A DNA stretch of 64,000 bases, from assembly GCA_000002435.2 (NCBI GenBank), contig CM018791.1; one strand, written 5' to 3'. Source of the DNA: Giardia intestinalis. Taxonomy: Eukaryota. Positions 36,201 to 44,119 of this stretch are shown one piece after another (within the stretch, counting starts at the first letter, position 1; each line of letters starts with the position of its first letter). The position numbers and the translations under genes are program-made. The notes under the pieces are model-generated. The model saw nothing but the letters and a program-made list of their open reading frames with translations, had not been told where the DNA came from and did not search any database.

Positions 36201-37989
36201 TCTGGCAAGTGCTGCACACACTCGCGCACCTGTACCATGTCACGGTGGTGTCACCCTCCTCTCCACCTGAATAGCTGTACCTTAGATTGATTAGCTTGCC
36301 GACTTGGAGGTTTTTGGACGCTAGCAAGAAGTTTGCAGAGCGTATGGTGGGCCGACAGGAGATAATTGGAGGAGAGGCTATGTGCATTTCGAGCTGGACA
36401 GATCTTATGTTTGTCATCATTGTCTTTGTGCCAAAGTTATCCTGCAAGATAGACATGAGGATATTCTGGTGCTTGCTCTGCTCCAATTGCGTTCCAGCAT
36501 GACGGTACACGTTCCCTGCTGCCCGTTGTGCTTGTGAGGTTCTTTCCTCTACTCTTATGAATGCGATGACATAAGTATTGGAAAGGAGTGAAGCCGGTAA
36601 TACAAAGTCAAAGCTGTAAGAAACCAGTGAGGAGCCATCAGTACCCATATATCCTCCATGCGTAGCAGCGTACGAGCCTGGCCTGGACAGCCTAGAGATA
36701 GACGATGACCTGGTTACATGGCTATCTTCGTCTCTCCCCGCTCCAGAGTCGATTCGCTTGTGTACCCCATGAATCAGCTGTGGAGGGCAGCCAAAGCAGG
36801 TGTGATAGAAAAGGACCTCGACAAGCTTATACTTAGAAGACAGTAGCACAACATGAAAAAAGCACTGACTATTCTCGATATATACTCCTTGAGAGCTATC
36901 ACTGACACTCCCTTCTGGTTGCACAAACCCTGCTCTGAGAATAGGAAGGACAATCCCCTGTTTGTGGAGGAAGCGGGAACAATAGGTCTTAAATTGTAGT
37001 GAGCTAATGGAGCTGTTTGGGCGCTGTAAGTACTCGACGCCCTCATCAGAAATCCACGCTGACAGACCGTGAAGCACCCTGTACGGAAGAGTGCTATCCA
37101 CCTCTGCAAGGAAAAGGTCTTCTGTGACCATCCGTTGCTCTAATAGCTTGTGTGAGCCTAGCATGGCATTGGATTCGAAGGGCCTCGGGGCTGCATCTCC
37201 TCCCGCAAGAAGATGCCTTCCTGTTTTGAGGCTTATCCAGCTGGAGTATCTTGTCATGATATCAAGTGTGCTCATTGAGTTGACGCTGTTTATTCGTCTC
37301 TCTTGAAAAAACAGGGACATAATCGACATTGCTGTACAAAGGCTATCATCACAGACTGCCAGCAAGGTATCGGAATCGTCTGTCTCCCCGTCTGCGGTTT
37401 CCCCCAGCAATGGGGAAGGAAGGATGCTCTCTAGATTGTTTCCAACAGCACTAAAGATCTCTAGATTCTTCAGTTTTGCAAAGGGAAATTGGATAAAATT
37501 CTCCAATCTGTTATAGTTCAAGCTGAGAAAGGTCAGCTTCGGGGCATCTGGAAAGTGTGCCCATGAGGAGATAAGATTGCCATCTAGATGAAGGGAAATC
37601 ACATTGGGAAGAAGGGGCAACTCAGCAAAGTTCTTGAGCTTTGAAGCTGTTATAGAGAGATGCTGTACTCGCTGGAATGGCTTGAGGAGCGTGACTAGAG
37701 AGGCAAATTCGCAATCTAGCATGTACAGTGACTTAATCTTAGTGCAGGAGCTAGCCTGGAGTACAGCACGGACAAACTCCCGAGTCAGTGTCTCCGTGAA
37801 CCCTATAGACTTAATAAACAGGGTCACAGTGGTCGGCGGTATGTTCATCAAGGCATCGCGATCAGCGTCGACCTTGTGGAGTTTCTGGGTTGTGGGAAGA
37901 GACTCTATCATGGAAATAGTTTCAGTGAAGCTTTGCGGGGCGAAGAGAGAGACTCTTGTGTGGTGTGGGGCCTCTCCATTCATTATCAT
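33256..37989 (-). CDS. Large leucine-rich-repeat-containing protein (about 1577 aa)
   Basis: N-terminal LRRs (LPNVISLHLDGNLISSW..LTFLSLNYNRLENF..LKNLEIFSAVGNNLESI). The track start at 38010 is TTG. The first ATG, 37989 (MIMNGE), lies behind caaaaattacacactgATG. The rest has no recognisable domain. Confidence 0.7.
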   Translation of the reverse strand: MIMNGEAPHHTRVSLFAPQSFTETISMIESLPTTQKLHKVDADRDALMNIPPTTVTLFIKSIGFTETLTREFVRAVLQASSCTKIKSLYMLDCEFASLVTLLKPFQRVQHLSITASKLKNFAELPLLPNVISLHLDGNLISSWAHFPDAPKLTFLSLNYNRLENFIQFPFAKLKNLEIFSAVGNNLESILPSPLLGETADGETDDSDTLLAVCDDSLCTAMSIMSLFFQERRINSVNSMSTLDIMTRYSSWISLKTGRHLLAGGDAAPRPFESNAMLGSHKLLEQRMVTEDLFLAEVDSTLPYRVLHGLSAWISDEGVEYLQRPNSSISSLQFKTYCSRFLHKQGIVLPILRAGFVQPEGSVSDSSQGVYIENSQCFFHVVLLSSKYKLVEVLFYHTCFGCPPQLIHGVHKRIDSGAGRDEDSHVTRSSSISRLSRPGSYAATHGGYMGTDGSSLVSYSFDFVLPASLLSNTYVIAFIRVEERTSQAQRAAGNVYRHAGTQLEQSKHQNILMSILQDNFGTKTMMTNIRSVQLEMHIASPPIISCRPTIRSANFLLASKNLQVGKLINLRYSYSGGEEGDTTVTWYRCASVCSTCQNLYMNNTVSESCISDDSEDQCLCSAVPDACSCVLEQIKQGSVTDQPSICEYLPALCDANMFLRTEIVPVSYHGVIGEKFVLLSTRIIVEEEQIIKTCALEKVDTSHALLNIVSLVPIDLEIYWYQELDDNERVYIPEFDNDRVFDLRSSIIEQYRLYGSILIVCEVLLYPVPINDAERYSDNQSAMSAVPLLKKTLRAEFYVNSMRRNSSRTPRARSTSSRHETRGTNPRSFTPPHNLNKEYCNYDDSHGPKVAHTSEFTSQKVPFRGGYFDRTGAQSPLWQNMEHRGGDVAPAAALNPGKKSARFSDDQNRDALEQIAHQLRLAVSSGKFDAQNAPSAAADPHSSRIKLEISQPATVLNAIHPHASRGSRVMINAYNDSKTDTNSLDVSEDGDVGKNIIASRQRLSRIDQSRASEVPKSLVLQESNYTESYTTFHEPADHTGSTAVKVKQDRIQFEFPSSCIDNCSLDADDNVQNSSRPMSYQDLVSNSARDHILTSKGILSPIVVMTNTAVHQNNQNRSRLGTHHMTSSTVEVMDMTQNIAHDIYIQRPERRRSSRQSANITNSEPSEPSRVSDKLSTSESIPELAISPQPLDLPTCVREIEIPITSINPAALYSDLVESTEVVVESEELGDRNAVCIPSQPTKLQNMEKGPHERESECSGIEPAIMPGPTIAPSNESNNTDIRSLDSVSQSFSQLLDSRKGYVAQPLESTSVNLEPVRNSIEHELSINTLTPSYRGSSASETVKGARAFENEMAFKNNVTGLRVTKEAYVVGDVLGFEVYGAIDQGMSVFIVRSYADGVFFESGLIKLNPVKLLDYCQLFVYRVTPFDLGSSLRVIVRADGSFGATNLVDRLIDATIIGASDKDISLLMWRRVCADKAYRVDCDCKEDGSLKQGSAIVTYNGKLFSFKYNKRLVYSCKDVKRLPYEIEFTPILTDNTLLFIIKGSKPTVYSLIFQRIEDLGFIFYRLLCTTGLSLLYH

Positions 37990-38113
37990 CAGTGTGTAAT
38001 TTTTGCACAATTTGGCTCTTTTGTGAGATATTAAGTGATAAAAGTTTCCTTTTTTAAGATCAAATTCTGAACTAAAGGATACAGATTCTGAGCAAAAATT
38101 AGCAGGCTTTAAA

Positions 38114-39244
38114 ATGAGCGATCCGACTATCCATGACGCTTACGACTTCGTGGCCATCTGCGGCGCAGGATCCTTTGGGAAGGTACACAAGGTGCGCTCA
38201 AAGGAGGATGGCCAGATTTACGCATGCAAGGAGATTAACTATGCTAAGATGAGCTCCAAGGAGAAGGAACTTCTGGTTTCCGAGGTCAACCTACTTCGCA
38301 AACTAAATCACCCCAACATCGTCAAGTACATCCGCAGGTACCAGGACAAGGCGGCTACCCTAATCTACATAGTGATGGATTACTGCAGTAAAGGCGACCT
38401 GTCCGACTACGTCAAGATGCACAAGAAGACAAACCAGTATATTTCGGAAGACAAGATCTGGTCTATCTTCGCCCAGCTTCTGATAGCCCTTGATTACTGC
38501 CACTCTCCAAACAAGCCCGATAGCTCTGGGGTTGGCAGGGTCATCCACCGTGATCTCAAGACGGCCAACGTCTTTCTTTGCGAAGACGGGTCAATCAAGC
38601 TGGGGGATTTCGGGCTCTGCCGCGTTCTGGAGCAGAGCACCATGGCGAAGACAAACGTCGGCACACCCCTTTACATGGCGCCAGAGCTTTTGGAAAACAA
38701 GTCGTACACAGAGAAGGTTGACATTTGGTCATTAGGCTGTATCATCTACGAGCTCTGCGCCCTCCAGCCCCCTTATGTAGCTACGTCTCTCGACTCCCTG
38801 AAGGCAAAGGTGAAGCGTGGGGTGCGCCCCTTCGTGCCCAACCACTTTAGCCCTGACCTGCGAAGGATTATTGACATGATGCTCATCAAGGAGCCCGAGA
38901 AAAGGCCATCCACCACCGAACTGATTCAACTGCCTGTCATAGCAAAGCTTTTACAGGGCTTGGCATACGATCCCGCCAGAAACTGTCGAGGTCTTCAGCG
39001 GGTCGAGCAGATGACCCCCGTGGACCGTGCTATGGGCGGAAACCTCCGTGCTCCTTCCCGCGGAATGGCTCCACCACCATCTGCAGGCTACAAACCAGTG
39101 AATGGCAGGTATAGTGATGGTGATTTGGATGCGTGGGAAGATCGTCTGAAGGAGCGGGAGGCAGCACTGGCCAATTGGGAGGATGCCATATCTGAGAAGG
39201 AAACGAATCTGAAAGAGCGTCTTGCTAAGGCCGGTTTGAGGTAG
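38114..39244 (+). CDS. NEK-family serine/threonine protein kinase (catalytically intact)
   Basis: GAGSFGKV (G-loop), ACKEI (VAIK Lys), HPNIVKY, VIHRDLKTANVFL, KLGDFGLCR, GTPLYMAPE and DIWSLGCIIYEL are all present. ATG behind ggctttaaaATG. Confidence 0.9.
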   Translation: MSDPTIHDAYDFVAICGAGSFGKVHKVRSKEDGQIYACKEINYAKMSSKEKELLVSEVNLLRKLNHPNIVKYIRRYQDKAATLIYIVMDYCSKGDLSDYVKMHKKTNQYISEDKIWSIFAQLLIALDYCHSPNKPDSSGVGRVIHRDLKTANVFLCEDGSIKLGDFGLCRVLEQSTMAKTNVGTPLYMAPELLENKSYTEKVDIWSLGCIIYELCALQPPYVATSLDSLKAKVKRGVRPFVPNHFSPDLRRIIDMMLIKEPEKRPSTTELIQLPVIAKLLQGLAYDPARNCRGLQRVEQMTPVDRAMGGNLRAPSRGMAPPPSAGYKPVNGRYSDGDLDAWEDRLKEREAALANWEDAISEKETNLKERLAKAGLR

Positions 39245-39311
39245 GCGGCTGATTCTTTGTCACTGGGGCATGTTCTTCTTTGTCTGTCGTCAGGACAGAA
39301 TTCAACAGTGC

Positions 39312-39330
39312 AGTGAATTAAAAAACTTAA
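39312..39330 (+). promoter_or_regulatory. A/T-rich initiator-like element directly upstream of the USP gene ATG
   Basis: agtgaattaaaaaacttaaATG. The same architecture recurs at nearly every gene start in the window. Confidence 0.45.
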
Positions 39331-41772
39331 ATGCTGAGACCATGCGAAGGGCATGTGGCCTCCACTGAGTGCGCGTACTGCTTCTTGAACAGGTACAATA
39401 GCCAGGGGCTCTACCTCTGCATGCACTGCAACTTCTGCGCCTGCCTGGATCACGTTAACATTCATCAGGAAAAGACCGGTCATGTGCACTATTTACATAT
39501 CCTTTATACCCTCAAGAACAAAGAGGGGAACATAACTGCACGTGATAGGGTGGACATGCTGCTTAACAACAAGAACGAAGAGATTGTTAATCTTGAGACG
39601 AAGATTTATCAGTTTCCCGGTAGACAGGCTGTGCTATCTGTCCCCGACGAAATGATGGACTGCTACCTTTTCTTACTTGATGGCGAGGACGACCCTGACA
39701 GAACGTTGCTTAAAAAGAAGCCAGGCGCGTCTCTATCATCCCTATCCGACCACGCCCAGGTCTACGATCAACTAGCTTCTTCATGCGAGCATGTGATTGA
39801 GATACTTACCTCTCAACCGCCTGCGTATAGAGCTCACCACAACTGCTTCTCATCATGTGCAAGTTGTGACGTGTCAAACAACCTTTGGCTCTGCCTGTAC
39901 TGTGGCCACGTTGGCTGTGGGCGCGCTCAGGCATATAGTGAGCTGGGCGGGAACGGCCATGCTCTTGCACACTATGAGTCGAACTGCGATCATTGCGTGG
40001 CTCTAAAACTCTCATCTCTCAGTGCATCTGTTTGTGAAGCATACTGTTACAACTGTGATGTATCTATCGATTCAATCTTTACTGTGCCAGACATGAGATC
40101 TATGCTGCAAAGCTATCTAGAGTGCACATATGGTCACGATGTTGCTGATTTAATGAATCGTACAGATGGGGCCTGTCTGTCTCTTCAGCAGCAAACGGAG
40201 AGGGTAGACGAGTTGATAGATAGATATGGGCTTGCAAAAAGTATGCAGAGTTCTCAGATCTCGCTGTTGGGCGTGCTCTCTGGCTTTAGAAATACCGGCA
40301 ACACGTGTTATGCTAGTGCTGTCGTTTCATGTCTTAGAGCGGCAGGTGTCTTTCCCAGACGGACCAAGGAGCTCGAGATTGAGGCGCTCAATCACTATCA
40401 CACGTGCAGTTTGTTAGATCCCATCGACTGCTCCATCTGCCAACTGTATAGGCTATACGTTTGGGGATTTCGCACAATAAACTACAGTGCCACAGATCTC
40501 CTGGCCCATGGATACCTGGAGAATGACCTGCCATACTTTATCATGTATTCAGACCCCCACATCACTCCTTTGATCAGATTGCTTACGCCATACTTTGCCA
40601 CTGACGAAAATGTTGGGTTTCAGCACGATTCAGCTGATTACCTCAACAATCTATTAGACTTTTTCGACCACCATAGACCTGATCTAGTTAGAAAGGTGAC
40701 TCTCCCCGCGATGAGGCGTGAACTAAGGTGTGCATCGTGCATGGGACACGTTTACAAGCCAGAAAATCAGCACGAATGGGGGATCTCCTTGACATGCTCT
40801 CTCTTCGACACCGTTACAGAATGCGAAGTGGGAGCAGAGGTGTCGATGCAGAGCTCTCTTAGAAGCGAGATAGGGGGCTATGCTAGTACGATAGATGGAT
40901 TGCGCTGCCCTCTGTGCTCAGCCATCAACGTATGTGGCGAGGTGCCGAAGCTATTGCTGTCATCGTCATATCTCGCCAAGACCGAGAGCGCCTTTCCAGA
41001 AATACTGATCGTAAAAGCAATTAGGCAGTATTTTGATGTATCAAGGATGCGGTCATATAAACTTTTGACTAGATTGATAGACACTGACAAAATCAAAATC
41101 AATTTCTTAGTTAGTACACATACAGAAGAAGACGAAGAGAAGTGCAACACCGAAGCGTGGAGACAAGCCCTGGTGGCCATGGAATCGGGAGCCATGATCC
41201 CAGGTGTTCAGCAGAACCAACGTACAAATGTGGATGAACAACTGAGTGCCATGATGGACATGATGGTCGCAGACAGAAAGACATGTATGAAGGCTCTGAG
41301 ACAGTGCAACGGGGATATAAGATTGGCAGTGGATGCAATACTCAACAACGAAGTGGCAGATGATGATCAGCACGATGCACATCACGAACTTCCCCTTCCT
41401 CAGGCTCCAGCACCTGCGATTGCGAAAGAGAGAATTGCAGAGGCAGTGCACAATCTTCGTCAAGAACAAGAGATAGACTCAGCAATGAACGCAGCAGGTG
41501 TGTCCTATGCAGAAAGAGATGCGATGAACCTTACATACAAATTGGTGGCCTTTGTGCTACACCGGGGAACAGAGCTCGACAGTGGGCACTATCTCGCCTA
41601 CGTGCGAGCCAGCTTATTTTCGGAGGAGGATCTTAGCGAGATGCAGGTGCGTGAGCTTGTCAACAGAGACCAAGATTGGATGGTTTTCAACGACGAAGAG
41701 GTCACTCTTACACAGGATCCCCCGGTGCAAATGGCATACATATATTTCTATAAGAGGATGGCTAAGTGCTAA
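39331..41772 (+). CDS. Ubiquitin carboxyl-terminal hydrolase, USP5/isopeptidase-T-like (ZnF-UBP x2 + USP catalytic domain + UBA)
   Basis: Cys box GFRNTGNTCYASAVVSCL. His box YKLVAFVLHRGTELDSGHYLAYV. ZnF-UBP CLYCGHVGCGRAQ...HALAHYE. UBA-like TCMKALRQCNGDIRLAVDAILNNE. Confidence 0.85.
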   Translation: MLRPCEGHVASTECAYCFLNRYNSQGLYLCMHCNFCACLDHVNIHQEKTGHVHYLHILYTLKNKEGNITARDRVDMLLNNKNEEIVNLETKIYQFPGRQAVLSVPDEMMDCYLFLLDGEDDPDRTLLKKKPGASLSSLSDHAQVYDQLASSCEHVIEILTSQPPAYRAHHNCFSSCASCDVSNNLWLCLYCGHVGCGRAQAYSELGGNGHALAHYESNCDHCVALKLSSLSASVCEAYCYNCDVSIDSIFTVPDMRSMLQSYLECTYGHDVADLMNRTDGACLSLQQQTERVDELIDRYGLAKSMQSSQISLLGVLSGFRNTGNTCYASAVVSCLRAAGVFPRRTKELEIEALNHYHTCSLLDPIDCSICQLYRLYVWGFRTINYSATDLLAHGYLENDLPYFIMYSDPHITPLIRLLTPYFATDENVGFQHDSADYLNNLLDFFDHHRPDLVRKVTLPAMRRELRCASCMGHVYKPENQHEWGISLTCSLFDTVTECEVGAEVSMQSSLRSEIGGYASTIDGLRCPLCSAINVCGEVPKLLLSSSYLAKTESAFPEILIVKAIRQYFDVSRMRSYKLLTRLIDTDKIKINFLVSTHTEEDEEKCNTEAWRQALVAMESGAMIPGVQQNQRTNVDEQLSAMMDMMVADRKTCMKALRQCNGDIRLAVDAILNNEVADDDQHDAHHELPLPQAPAPAIAKERIAEAVHNLRQEQEIDSAMNAAGVSYAERDAMNLTYKLVAFVLHRGTELDSGHYLAYVRASLFSEEDLSEMQVRELVNRDQDWMVFNDEEVTLTQDPPVQMAYIYFYKRMAKC

Positions 41773-41908
41773 TCTACGTGACGCAAATCCCTTGGGCACA
41801 CTTTCGCCCACTTCGGATTCGGTCCCGGGCTCAGTTCCGCGCTCACCTGTAAATTCCTTTTAATGTTTTTGCAATACGTCCCAGGGGGGATAAATATACT
41901 CTGGACCC

Positions 41909-43519
41909 ATGGACGAATACCTATCCACCCTCACTGTGAGCCGCATGCTCACGCCCCACTCGGCCATTGTCACCCCGCAGAGCAGCCTGGACAAGTACAT
42001 TCTCCGTTGTCTCCCCGCGTCTTCCCTGGACCCTGAGGTTCTCAAGAATGTGATGTCGGACGTGGGGTTTGTTATCCGGGAAAAGTGCCATTGGATGGTT
42101 CAGTGCTTTGTGGAAAAGCTTGTCGACGATGACACGCGGATGGATCTGAGCACGGACAGCCGCAACTATTACGTCCTCACCGAGTGTTATGCCTCTGACT
42201 CTCTTCAGGCCCTTGTTGTCACGAGAGACAGAGTCAAAAAGCCCTTTACTGAGGACGAGATAATACAGACCCTCTTACAGCTCATTATGCCCGTTGAGTT
42301 CCTTATGAAGATTGGGTGGCGTGACAAAAGCTTCTTTAAGCACGTCCTCCACCCTAATCGTCTCCGTGTGAGCAACAACGGCTTGATATCCCTCGATATC
42401 TGCCATGCCATTGTGTCCAGCAAGATCGTCCTCGAACAGTTTCGTGACGAACAATCTTACATGCCACCTGAGGCCATCTTCAGCAACGCTTCTACATATG
42501 ACGAGAGAAGTTTCATCTGGACAATAGGCTTTATTCTCTTTAATATGATGTGCTCCGGATACTCCTACGGGGAGATCAACTTCAGGGACGTGACTCACAA
42601 ACCAGATTATGAAGGTGACACAGATGATGAAGGTAACGAAAAGTCTGAGAAAGAACGCATAGAAGGCATGGACATGTATCTCTATGTTAGCAAACGATTG
42701 AATACAGAGCTTTCGAGGTACTACTCCAGGCAGCTGAGGGAGATAATAAAGACGATGCTTTCTGCATACTACGGTGAAAGGCCCACCATTCTGAACATCT
42801 ACGCCCGCCCCTTCATCTTTTCACACATCATGGACGTATACAAAATGAGGGGCGAGTTCTCTGTCGAAGGAGGGACGCCTCTGATGGTTGCAGCACGCAT
42901 CGGAGACATGCACTACATTACCCAGTGTGCCTCGCAGTTTCACATCCAGGACACCAAGGGAAGGACTGCTCTTATGTTTGCAGCTGCCAATGGGTGTGCG
43001 CAGGCCTGCGACTATCTCATCCCGCACGAGTCCAGTCAACGGGACTATAAAAAGTGGACAGCGCTTATGTATGCCGCTGCAAATGGGCATGTCAACTGCG
43101 CCAAGCTCCTTTATATGCACGAAAACGGTCTTTGCAATGTCGACAATGATACCGCGCTGATTATTGCTACCGAGCGGAACCATGTGGAGATAGTTGATTT
43201 TCTGGCTCCATTCGAGTCTGGAAGGGAGCGACAAAACGGGGAAAGCGCTTTGGTTGTCGCGGCATGGCACTGCTATCCGCGATGCGTTGCCCTACTCATG
43301 CATACCGAAGCTCCCCGCTATGCGGAGAGGGCGCTCAAGGCCGTCACAGACCCTCTATGCATAGGGTCCGAGGCCAAGAAGCAGGTTATTATAGCAATGC
43401 TCACGGACTATCTCGGCGCGAAGGTCCTGCCCCTTAAGTATATCAGTGAGCCGCGCGAAGAGTTCCTCACAGAGAACATAGGGTTACTAGCGCAGACAAA
43501 TTCGTTACACATACTCTAA
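41909..43519 (+). CDS. NEK-family pseudokinase with C-terminal ankyrin repeats
   Basis: Degenerate kinase subdomains: SYMPPEAIFS in place of the GTPxYMAPE motif, SFIWTIGFILFNMM in place of the DIWSLGCIIYEL-type subdomain IX; no HRD or DFG. Ankyrin repeats include GRTALMFAAANGCAQACDYLIP, WTALMYAAANGHVNCAKLL, DTALIIATERNHVEIVDFLAP. Confidence 0.75.
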   Translation: MDEYLSTLTVSRMLTPHSAIVTPQSSLDKYILRCLPASSLDPEVLKNVMSDVGFVIREKCHWMVQCFVEKLVDDDTRMDLSTDSRNYYVLTECYASDSLQALVVTRDRVKKPFTEDEIIQTLLQLIMPVEFLMKIGWRDKSFFKHVLHPNRLRVSNNGLISLDICHAIVSSKIVLEQFRDEQSYMPPEAIFSNASTYDERSFIWTIGFILFNMMCSGYSYGEINFRDVTHKPDYEGDTDDEGNEKSEKERIEGMDMYLYVSKRLNTELSRYYSRQLREIIKTMLSAYYGERPTILNIYARPFIFSHIMDVYKMRGEFSVEGGTPLMVAARIGDMHYITQCASQFHIQDTKGRTALMFAAANGCAQACDYLIPHESSQRDYKKWTALMYAAANGHVNCAKLLYMHENGLCNVDNDTALIIATERNHVEIVDFLAPFESGRERQNGESALVVAAWHCYPRCVALLMHTEAPRYAERALKAVTDPLCIGSEAKKQVIIAMLTDYLGAKVLPLKYISEPREEFLTENIGLLAQTNSLHIL

Positions 43520-43536
43520 ATTGTAGTAAATTTTGC

Positions 43537-43959
43537 ATGAGCGCTGTTGCTCCAAGTGGCTCTGAAATGGTCGTCGAGTCTCCGGATGAGCAGAGCCACG
43601 CCAGCGCGTCTTCCTCCTCCGACGACTATACCAGCGGGACGACTACTGAAAGCAACGAAGAGGAATCCGAAGAAGATAATGAGGAAGAAGAGTCTGAAGA
43701 CGAAGACGAAGAGGATGAGTCTGAAGAGGATGAAGATGAAGAGGAAGAGGAAGAGTATGAAGAAGAAGAAGAGGAGGAAGAAGAGGAAGAGGAGGAAGAG
43801 AGCGAAGAAGAGGAGACGTCCGAGGAATCTGAGGAGGAGACTGGGGAGTCTGAGGAGGACGAAGAGGAGACCAGCGAGGACGAGGAGCAGTCGGCGCAGA
43901 GCGCGCTCGGCCGGTTCCTCGCAGAGCACAGCCTTGAAAGCGGGAGCGAGCCGGAGTAA
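43537..43959 (+). CDS. Small highly acidic protein (poly-Glu/Asp/Ser low-complexity)
   Basis: 140-aa ORF behind gtagtaaattttgcATG. About 70% of residues 40-115 are E/D. AGTAAAT overlaps the stop. The coding support is mainly the initiator and the polyA-signal-like motif. The encoded GAA/GAG tract also generates spurious ORFs on both strands. Confidence 0.45.
   Translation: MSAVAPSGSEMVVESPDEQSHASASSSSDDYTSGTTTESNEEESEEDNEEEESEDEDEEDESEEDEDEEEEEEYEEEEEEEEEEEEEESEEEETSEESEEETGESEEDEEETSEDEEQSAQSALGRFLAEHSLESGSEPE
43660..43900. repeat. GAA/GAG-rich purine trinucleotide tract (encodes poly-Glu on the + strand)
   Basis: Visible runs gaagaagaagaggaggaagaagaggaagaggaggaagag. It explains the mirror ORFs 43516..44097(-), 43626..43997(-), 43643..44068(-) and 43547..44011(+). 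Confidence 0.7.
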
Positions 43960-43960
43960 A

Positions 43961-44043
43961 TGCCAGCTGTGGGGTTCGAACCCACGCGGTCTTGCAACCA
44001 ATGGGACTTGAATCCATCGCCTTAACCACTCGGCCAAACTGGC
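43961..44043 (-). tRNA. tRNA-Leu (anticodon CAA), class II with a long variable arm
   Basis: Reverse complement reads GCCAGTT-TG-GCC-GAGTGGTTAA-GGC-G-ATGGA-TTCAAGT-CCCAT-TGGTTGCAAGACCGC-GTGGG-TTCGAAC-CCCAC-AGCTGGC-A. Acceptor 7 bp with one G-U pair. D-arm typical of Leu/Ser tRNAs. T-arm GTGGG/TTCGAAC/CCCAC. U33 and purine37 flank CAA. There is one A31-C39 mismatch. CCA is not encoded. Confidence 0.75.
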
Positions 44044-44119
44044 GCGCCCGCGCACACACACCAGACACGCACTTTCTGGCGTACTCTTATTTTTCACTCT
44101 GTCAGAGATTGTGTGTTTA

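Noticed and set aside
43961-44043. Alternative tRNA fold giving anticodon UCA (opal-suppressor/Sec-like)
   Set aside because: It requires an 8-nt anticodon loop and breaks U33 positioning. The 7-nt loop TTCAAGT with anticodon CAA, U33 and G37, plus the class-II variable arm, fits tRNA-Leu.
43516-44097. Long minus-strand ORFs (193, 123 and 141 aa) and a + ORF (154 aa) overlapping the acidic gene
   Set aside because: They are mirror-frame and alternate-frame products of the GAA/GAG tract (poly-Ser, poly-Leu, poly-Lys/Arg). They have no initiator context. One runs through the tRNA gene.
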